DNA from: Cirrosporium novae-zelandiae
Taxonomy: Eukaryota
NCBI GenBank assembly: GCA_026023565.1
Contig: JAPETS010000052.1
Span: 124,001 to 156,208 of the forward strand
Reading direction: 5' to 3'
DNA length: 32,208 nt
In this document: positions 24,177 to 32,208 of the stretch, piece by piece
How positions within the stretch are numbered: position 1 is the stretch's first letter
Layout: every line of letters starts with the position of its first letter
The notes under the pieces: model-generated
Told to the model about the DNA's origin: nothing
Database searches by the model: none
The model's input: only the letters and a program-made list of their open reading frames with translations
Program-made: the position numbers and the translations under genes

Positions 24177-24920
24177 CTACTCATGAGGATTGCTTTGTTT
24201 TTGGGCCCCATCCAAGTCCCATGGCCATATAACAGTAATATCTGCTTGTCGGAATGCTGTAGGCGTTGAATTTGGACAGTAATAAGAAATAGGGACAGCT
24301 TGAACCGATCGGGGGTACATCGATAGGGGAAGAATACTATAATTAGAGTAGTCTTCCCTTTTCACTAATGTCTCCAAAATAACAGCCCGACTCCTTACTC
24401 TTTGTCCGTGGCAGTTCATCGAGGGGATATGACAGAGCATCTGCTTTGTTGGTAATGTCTCGAAGATGTTTTCGCACGATTCCATTTGCCTTGACCCATC
24501 AACACCGAGATACTTAACTCTCCGCAAGAAACGCGGCAATTCCCGAAATATGCTCGACCTTGTGCTACTCCTCCGTTGTGATAAGGGCGATAAAGGCTTC
24601 ACCAAGACACGCTCTACACAGCGTTTACAGTTAAGCACCCACTTCTCATCAACAATCTCTTTTCCCTCAATGCATCACGTTCTACCCTCGATCTATAGAT
24701 AAAATGATTGTACAAGCCTCTCTATGTACGCAGGCTTCTTGATTCCCTTTTTCTTTTTCAAAATTCTTTCACAATCGCCAGTCCAAGTCAGAGCGGAAAT
24801 AACTTCCAACATCCGACGTGAAACAGGACTAGCATCAACTTGGGCACCTCAACCTTTTTCTGCTATAATGCTGGCAAGCCAACTCTCAACTGACGAATAG
24901 TGTGTTCTAGCCATCATGAA
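24177..24920 (-). pseudogene. Decayed unknown gene relic
   Basis: The frame of ORF 24177-24638 continues upstream to ~24917 (MMARTHYSSVESWLASIIAEKG*..YIERLVQSFYL*IEGRT*CIEGKEIVDEKWVLNCKRC) with only three stops. Confidence 0.45.
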
Positions 24921-25499
24921 ATTTATCACCATCTCCTTCTGGTTGATTTAGCGGTTTACACTTAAGGCTATTATGGCCTTTATGGACGCCAATGAGGGCC
25001 TTCTCAAATGCCGAGTATTTGTGATCACCTTACTTCTAGAGTAAGTATGGACCATAGAACCTCCCTTAGGACGAAGGTCTTGGATCTGATTATGGGTGGC
25101 CTTCACCGCACAACATATGCTTATGCTCAACCTCATCGGCCTTGGCACTTAACTTGTCCCGCAACTTTCATTATCGTTGTGAGCATCAAGGAACGCCCTA
25201 AGGCAACTTCAGCGGCATCTTCTTTCGCCACCAGGGTGTGATGCCCTCTTGGCTACGCCACTAAGAGGACATCATCCACTAGCAGCACCCCCAGCCCTTA
25301 CAATATCGCGAACGAGGCTACCTCATCTGGGCAGATCCAACTGCTCAATCAACGAGGATTGTCTCGCTACCTAACTCAGGTATTGGATTTTTGAATGAAA
25401 GTTAATTCTATGGGCGCAGCTTTCTCGGTGGTATGCGTCTTTTTAAAACAGTCTAAACCGCCAATGAAGCCAGGATGGTCTTAAGATCGTGAAGAATGA

Positions 25500-26120
25500 C
25501 TAGCGTCATTGCATTTGAAAGGAATGGATCCAGGGCCATTCTATTGCAGAGATGATGGCTTTAAGTCCTCTATCTTTCGAAGCTCTAGTCAATGTCATTA
25601 GCTGCACGGTTTACAATGTATAGGGATACAAGAAATACACTCGCCCTTTGGATCGTTAGCAGTAGGTTGCTGAACACCTATTTTTACCCACTCTGAAGCA
25701 TATCTCTCTATCTTCAATGAAACCTATCTGAAGCTAGGAATTCACCCCGAGGACCCTGCTTAGCTTTCCAGGATAGACAACATATTGTGTGTTTTGAGCG
25801 ATAGCGATCTAAATAACTACACAAAACGTATTAGTGAAGCTCGCCCAGGATTAAAACAATAGCAAAAGAGTCCGTCAAACATGCTACCAGAGTTGGGAAC
25901 AGACCCAATGATTGTTTATCAAGATAAATCAATAGTTCTGGTCTTGCCTACTTGGCAATGCTTCGCTCTTGGTGATAATATGATCATGAACCCCTATGAG
26001 AGCCTATTGTGAGTTCATAGAGGAATTGTTGCTACATCAAAGCACCGACGCATTAACTGAGCTGTTATTTACGCAAAACCTAGAAACAACCCAACAGCCT
26101 TAGGGATGGACTATACCCTA
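25500..26120 (+). pseudogene. Possible decayed coding relic
   Basis: Long frame with sparse stops (..EAYLSIFNETYLKLGIHPEDPA*LSRIDNILCVLSDSDLNNYTKRISEARPGLKQ*..); no recognisable family. Confidence 0.3.
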
Positions 26121-27588
26121 TGATATATTCATAATTAGTCATTCTATCTGGTGGTTTTAATTTTCCTCGGGACATACCTATATAAGAACCACTATTAAAG
26201 CTGACAGAGTAAACAGGATATATCCCTCAAGGAGGAGAGTCGACAGTTGATCAAGGCCATGGAGAGGAAAAGGGATGATCGAGTGAACGATATGAAGTTG
26301 ACTCTATCATGGGCTCAAGTTTTGCCACTTAGCCCGAGCTAATGTCTGGACAGTTTACACCATCATAAGGCTTGGAATCACAACATGCAATTGCAGTAAT
26401 TAGAGCTAAGGTTACCCTTATCCCGGTAGACCAGGAAACAGGCTCACAATAATGGTCTCTAGTACAGTTAGTGTCAAGGATCTCCTGCTAAACATGGTAT
26501 GTTGATGAAGAGCCTACTCAGTTATAGATCCTCCAAGAAGTTGAACTCCAGTGCCTTCTGTGTTAGAGTTTTCTAAACCAATATTATATCGAAGAGCTAA
26601 GTCATCGTCGGTATTTAATGACACCCCGGTAATTAGATTGAAAAGAAGATAACCAAGCATAAAGTGACTTTTCAAGATCTGGGGTTAGCAGTTTAAAGTT
26701 CTTCCAGTATGAATCATTGGATATCATCAAAGTCTGACTGCCGCTACTGTGTCAGGATGCATTTATGAAGGATGGCACGACAGCAGAGTGGGAAGGGGAG
26801 AGTCTCGGGGTGAAGGCTCATAGAACCGACAGAAAAGACGGTGGACAGGAGGTTTGCATATTGAACATCAGGACAGCTAGAAGCCTCACGACCTTGATGA
26901 AGAAATTTGTTATAGAAGTCAATTACCGTTTCTATGAAGCAGTATGGCTCGCCATAATGTCGGAGTATGTAATAAAAGGAAATGCAAGCTAGGGTGTGTC
27001 ATCAAGTTTACTTGTGTCGCTAAATGATATGGCTAAAAGAAGATGAAGTAGGAGATGTCGTGAAATAAAGAGGGGAGAAACAAAAGATTAATGAATGGAA
27101 TGGAGCAGAATCCGTTTGAAGAGATGGATAGAGAGGAAAGAGTTAATTAACTCTGTGAATAAGTGAGAAGTGAGCTAAAAAAAGTACACGCATCTCGACA
27201 GGGAAAGCAATGCTTAAGGTAATAACCACAAAAGAAAACCCGGATACCTAAAAAAACGGAACCCGACTTTCTTCGTTCTGCAGAAACTGGTGCCCTAATC
27301 TCGATTCGGACAGCACTTAACCCATCAGCGAAGGAGATATGAGGCTGTCGCAGTAGGGAATTACAAAACTAGGAGCTTTCTCATGCAGCTAACCTTGAAA
27401 AAAAATACCGCTAAGAAACGGAGCCAGCAATAAGTCCAGAACGAACAGGCTCCTTCAGGTATTTCTATTGTAGGCCATGAAGTATTCTACAGTATGTGAC
27501 AATGCGAGGACGCACAGAATAACCCTCATACTAACATTGTACCTCGGCTAACTATGTTTTAGGCCTTCTATATAATATTATAGTTGAT

Positions 27589-27601
27589 GGGGGGGGGGGG
27601 G
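27589..27601 (+). repeat. Poly-G tract (13 nt)
   Basis: Homopolymer run. Confidence 0.9.
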
Positions 27602-27988
27602 CATTGCCAAACCTATGCGAATGCGAATGGGCTTTAAATCGAGATTACGAGCCATTGGTTTTCATAGATTAGCAAGGAGTGGGCTAAGAACAAAGCATAA
27701 ACTATCAAAATAACTATTTATATGATGTATCGTTATCGGCGAAATATATATCCTCAAACTGGTAACCAGAATGTCATTTTAGGTAAAGAGAAAGAGGTGC
27801 GTTATCCATTCCCTGCGAATTTTTGTATGTCCCCTACTGTGGTAACTCTAGAACACGAAACAGAACTACAGATTATCGGAGTGGTTTCATCCCCCCCCCC
27901 AAAAGCACCTAGATATTTCTTTTGCTCTCACTTCAACTGCCACCGACTACACCTCCAAGGGTTCATCATTCATCCACTCCCCATCACG

Positions 27989-28822
27989 ATGCTAACCTGC
28001 CATCATCTTGACATTATTCTCTCAAAACGAGCATCAGCTAAGCCAGATAGACGAGGTTTTCCATTTTGAACCTTTCCGCCGAGGTCAGAAACGTGACCTA
28101 TAAACTCATGTCTGTCGAAGACGAGCAAGATGATAGCGGGTAGCGAACTATTTACTTCAAAGCTCCGTTTAATATGAAAGGAAAACTGAAGGCGGGAGTT
28201 TCAATATCCTCTAAAAACCTCGTGAATTCTAGATTCCTACTTCTTTGCCGCCAGATTTACCAGGAGGCCCAACATGTATTTTTCACATACAATGTACTCA
28301 CGTTCTCATCTAGCTAAGCCCTATCTGAGCTCCTGAACCCTCCCCAAAACTAGCAACACAGAGTCATAGCCCAGACCCAGCTCAACTTCCTTGACTACAT
28401 GTCCTTTACCTCTCTAGCAGCTCATGCCGACTTCACCAATGATAAGCCAAACCTCTTTAAACCGTATGTCGGGCCTCAAGAAATTGTGTTCCCTTTTCCA
28501 GGAATTTGTCTCTTCCGTCTCAACTATTTGGGTGCAGGGCGGGATAAGTTTATAGGTTGGGATAAACTAAGTAAGTGATTGGAGGTGCTACCGAGGACTA
28601 CTAAGATTGAGGCCAGCATTAGCATTAACATCGCGATAAGATATGGTAGGCGGGATGTTGTGTTAGAAAGTATTTCTCTAGAAGAATGCATTTTAAAAAG
28701 CTTCGGGAGGAACTTTTAGGGAAATTGCTGATGAGGCTGAAAGTTAGGATTGAGGTAAGTTGAAAGGGGGTTCTTGTCTGTGTGAACTGTACTAATAGAT
28801 ATATATAGGAAGTTCCGACTAA
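27989..28822 (+). pseudogene. Pseudogene of fungal F-box-like (LPxEIRxxIY..CRQIYxEA) family protein
   Basis: Restoring one T at 28064-28067 gives GFPFLNLSAEVRNVTYKLM..FLLLCRQIYQEAQHVFFTYNVLTF, the typical motif pair of this expanded ascomycete family. Stops at 28141, 28315 and 28351; possible intron 28755-28808. Confidence 0.65.
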
Positions 28823-29319
28823 AAATATATCATTTGAACTTCAGCACGATATTAAGGTAGTAGTAGGGGGGCAAGTGAAGAGGTGGCTACCTACTTTATA
28901 TAAAAGGCAGCAGGGAGTTCCCAGAAGGTCTTGTAGTACTTATTCTTTGCGGGCTATTGCGGATGACAAGCAATGCATGGGCTGAAAGATAAGCTTTTCC
29001 TCTTTCGCAATTCTAACTGGATAAGTTCACAATACCTATTTAGTCAGGGGTTTGAGTTCTTTAGGCATCTCCGCTTCGTCGCCGTCCCACTATCAACAAC
29101 AAGGACAAAAATATATTTTCCCATTGAATTAATCATTTGGCTTGACTCAATGCAAAAATATGAATGCATTTCAAAAAAGAAAATATTCAATTGAGATTAA
29201 TTACATCGTTTCACAATCGTCCTTGATTAAGTATTTGGAAAAAATAAAATAGAAGAATTGCCTTGAGCCTTTAATTAGTAGACTTATAATTGATAGTGTT
29301 GGCCAGAGCATACAGTATT

Positions 29320-29465
29320 TATTGTATGAATCGTCTCGTATTCGTATTTGTTCTTGTATACAAGAATGCCAAAGTCTGTATACCCGTATAAATTGTTGTT
29401 TTTCGTATAGAATAAAATACGCGTATATACGAACAGTACCCGTATATGCGACAAATACGCGGATA
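29320..29465. repeat. Cluster of CGTAT/ATACG motifs with a perfect 16-bp palindrome; possible DNA-transposon end relic
   Basis: About 9 CGTAT/ATACG copies in ~140 bp; TTCTTGTATACAAGAA at 29351-29366. Confidence 0.45.
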
Positions 29466-30023
29466 TCATCAAAGACTTGGAAATTTAACGACCCTTGGAA
29501 GGCTTGGCGTACTGCAGATCCACCCCGTTCGAAGCAACGTCCAATAGTTTTATTCAGCGGAAGCCCTCTTCAGCACCCCGAGTCTTACCGGAATCTACAA
29601 TACTTGAGACATTGACTCGTTCATAGGTCCGTCAAGTTGTAGATGATTCTTTAGCTTATCCCAAGTATATTTCCTTGTTGAAGTATTGCCATGTTTGTAT
29701 TGGCTGCTGCCTTGGCTGTTCGGGGCCGAAACAAGCAAAGTGAACGGTGAAGGATCCGAGGCGCGGCGGATAGCGTGGGATTGAGCGAGGAAGGCAACCG
29801 CATTATTATATAGATGATGAAGAATCCTGTCCTACTTGATTTTTCTTATGTTCTTCAACCAGCCTATCTAGTTCTGTCATCGCCTTGGTTTTCTTTTCTT
29901 CGCTTCTCTCGTGTTCTTCTCTTGAATTGTTCGTCTTGTTCTAGGATTGATTGGCTCTATATACGTGAACAAATGAATAACCTCCTCATCTACTTGAAAA
30001 AATACCCCCCGTCCCTCTCTCCC

Positions 30024-30925
30024 ATGTCCTCGAGGTCCGCATCTCCAGTCCCATCGAGGCCATATGATGGGATTCCAATTCCCTACTATACCCACCATGA
30101 CAATATCAATACCAATATGAACACCATGTCTTTCTTCTCCTTGTCCTCCCAACCACCCGACCAATGTCCATTCCGATGGCGCCCCTTCTCCATCACTCGG
30201 GCGGCAGAATCTCATCCCCTGCGCCAGGTCCGCCTTGGCACTCTCTATAGCAACCTCATCGCGGCACCTCTTCTCTTAGCCTCGACGGCATGGGGGACGA
30301 GCGACAGCTCATTTTGGCTTATTGAAACCGGGATTGTACGTATTCTATCGACTCTCCTCTTATCTTCCCCCTCGTTGAGCTAAAACTAACCACATAAACC
30401 AACCAGCTCACCCTCACCACTATCTTCACCCTCCAGGACCTGCGGCACTTCTCCCTACGCTCCAGCCACCGTTCTACTCTATCTACAACACCCTTCCTCG
30501 TCCCCCTCCTGGATATCTTCTTCGCCTTCGTCTGCCTCTCCTATTACATCGTCCTGATACTCGTAAATGTCACGGGCTTACTGCAAATATACGCGCAACT
30601 CATGTGTCTGGTTGTTTCCGTGATCCATTTCTGGGCCTTTGGGACTGTTCTACAGGCGAAGGTGGCGGCGAGGAAGGAAGAGACCGTGGTTGTGAGACGG
30701 AGAAGAGGGTGGAGGTGGGCTGGGTTTGCGAGGAGCGAGGATGGGATCGTGGTGAATTCTGAGTGCGGATGTGGGGGTGCGCGGAGTGGGAGCTCTGAGC
30801 GAGGTGGGGGGAAGAAGGCGGAGTGGGATTGCGGGCTTAGTGTCACGGACAGCGATGAGGAGACCTTGACAGATGAGGCGGGAGAGTTGATGTTCGGGGG
30901 AGAGGGTAAAGGGATGGGGGTCTGA
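30024..30925 (+). CDS. Hypothetical integral membrane protein (~276 aa, ~4 TM), 2 exons
   Basis: Exon 30024-30335, intron 30336-30406 (GTACGT..ACTAAC..CCAG), exon 30407-30925 in frame. Hydrophobic segments LYSNLIAAPLLLAST, FWLIETGILTLTTIF, LLDIFFAFVCLSYYIVLILV and LMCLVVSVIHFWAF, then a charged tail. Confidence 0.7.
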
Positions 30926-32189
30926 ATGAGTTATACAGGGTGGGAATGGATGCGTTTAAAGAAGGTCGGGAGACAGAACTTTGGATTAAGGATCCGTAGA
31001 ATTTGGCTTTTTTTTTCGGTGAAAGGGGAATGAAATGGAATGGATTGGTAGGACTCGAGAGATACTGGAATGGACAAAGGTCAGAGTCCTATCAGCATTA
31101 ATATCCCTACAAATAAATTCCTCAATAGTCTTAAAGATAGATACCCATACCATTGATATTACACTCGGTCTTTATCCCAAGCAAACACTCCATCTTTCAT
31201 CATGATTTCACCGTGGAGATTTCATACACACTCTCTAACATTTCAAATGCTAAACGCAAAACGCAGATACACAATAATAATAAAAAGTTCCCACTACCAC
31301 CTTCTTCGTATAAAAGTCATTCTTAAGTTCTATAGATAAACCTTCCTAACTTCCCCTCCCTTATCTTTTCTTCCAAAGCGCTTCCGAGATAGATACCATC
31401 CTCCCCAGATTCCACCTTTCAGATCTACTAATTAGGGCTTATTGAACTAGTAAATAATAACCGGTATGGATACGTAGCGAGACATGTACAGTACATGTGC
31501 ACAAGAAAAATAAACCTTAATTACCTGTTTTCTATCGTTCCTTCTTTTTCCAAGTGTTATCTAGTCTATATCTAATCAATAGCAACTGATCCAATACTTT
31601 TTACTACATACAGTACTACAGGTCAATGTCTTTTATATTCGCCTTCTATTATTATTGAAAATTATAATTCTTTATCTCTTGCATCACTACCATCATCATT
31701 TACCCCGAAACCTTGCGAAATGCTGGTTGACCTAATAGTCTGCATAATATATATTGGTAGAAGGAGACGTTAGATCCTGGGCAATGTAATGCCATTACAT
31801 TGAATCAAGCTTTATCTCTCTATAAGAAGAGGCCTTAGGTATAAATTATAATGATCAATAACAACAACTTCCTCATTTCCAGTCTAACGGACTGAATCTG
31901 AAAGTAACATAATAGGGTTATATAATCAAGAACAATACACAAATCCAGATATTGCATTCAGAATTCCACCGACCACCCTTCCGTATCTAACCGTGATGCC
32001 TTCTAGTACCACCCAACTAGCAGCAAGCCATTCAATGAGCAAATATATATCTCTCTCTTAGGATCACCCATCTAATTTGTCTAAACCTTCACATCTGCTG
32101 CTCTTGATCAATCAACCAATCAGGAAGTATATAACTAAATCTCCTATTCCTAGTATCCCTAAAGCGTCTTCCAATGGCTATCGCTAGCA

Positions 32190-32206
32190 GGGGGGGGGGG
32201 GGGGGG
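32190..32206 (+). repeat. Poly-G tract (17 nt)
   Basis: Homopolymer run at the window end. Confidence 0.9.
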
Positions 32207-32208
32207 AA

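Noticed and set aside
22573..26700. Alternative genetic code (stop reassignment) explaining the in-frame stops
   Set aside because: The conserved genes in the window terminate with TAA, TAG and TGA normally, and the relics contain all three stop types plus probable frameshifts.
29480..29803. Open-looking minus-strand frame (AVAFLAQSHAIRR..WDKLKNHLQL)
   Set aside because: No clear start, splice structure or family motif; cannot be supported as a gene.

Overview
Eukaryotic genomic DNA from a filamentous ascomycete (Pezizomycotina-type short GT-AG introns with CTRAC branch points). The left ~18 kb is a conserved housekeeping block: a GIS2/CNBP zinc-knuckle gene, UDP-GlcNAc pyrophosphorylase (UAP1), an RRM-cyclophilin (PPIL4/Rct1-like), a Zn(II)2Cys6 transcription factor behind a 3.4-kb non-coding leader, RPS24 head-to-head with EFM3, and an ING/YNG2 PHD gene head-to-head with the HOS2 deacetylase. 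At 18821-18909 there is an atypical intron-containing tRNA gene. It carries tRNA-Asp identity elements, but reads as anticodon ATC and has a mismatched acceptor stem; this is the most unusual element here. To its right is an accessory region with two small spliced orphan genes not resolved by the ORF track, several decayed genes with in-frame stops (two of them diverged inverted paralogs sharing a TGA), an F-box-like pseudogene, a CGTAT-repeat patch and an orphan ~4-TM membrane protein gene. All exon structures were derived by eye and no database searches were run.
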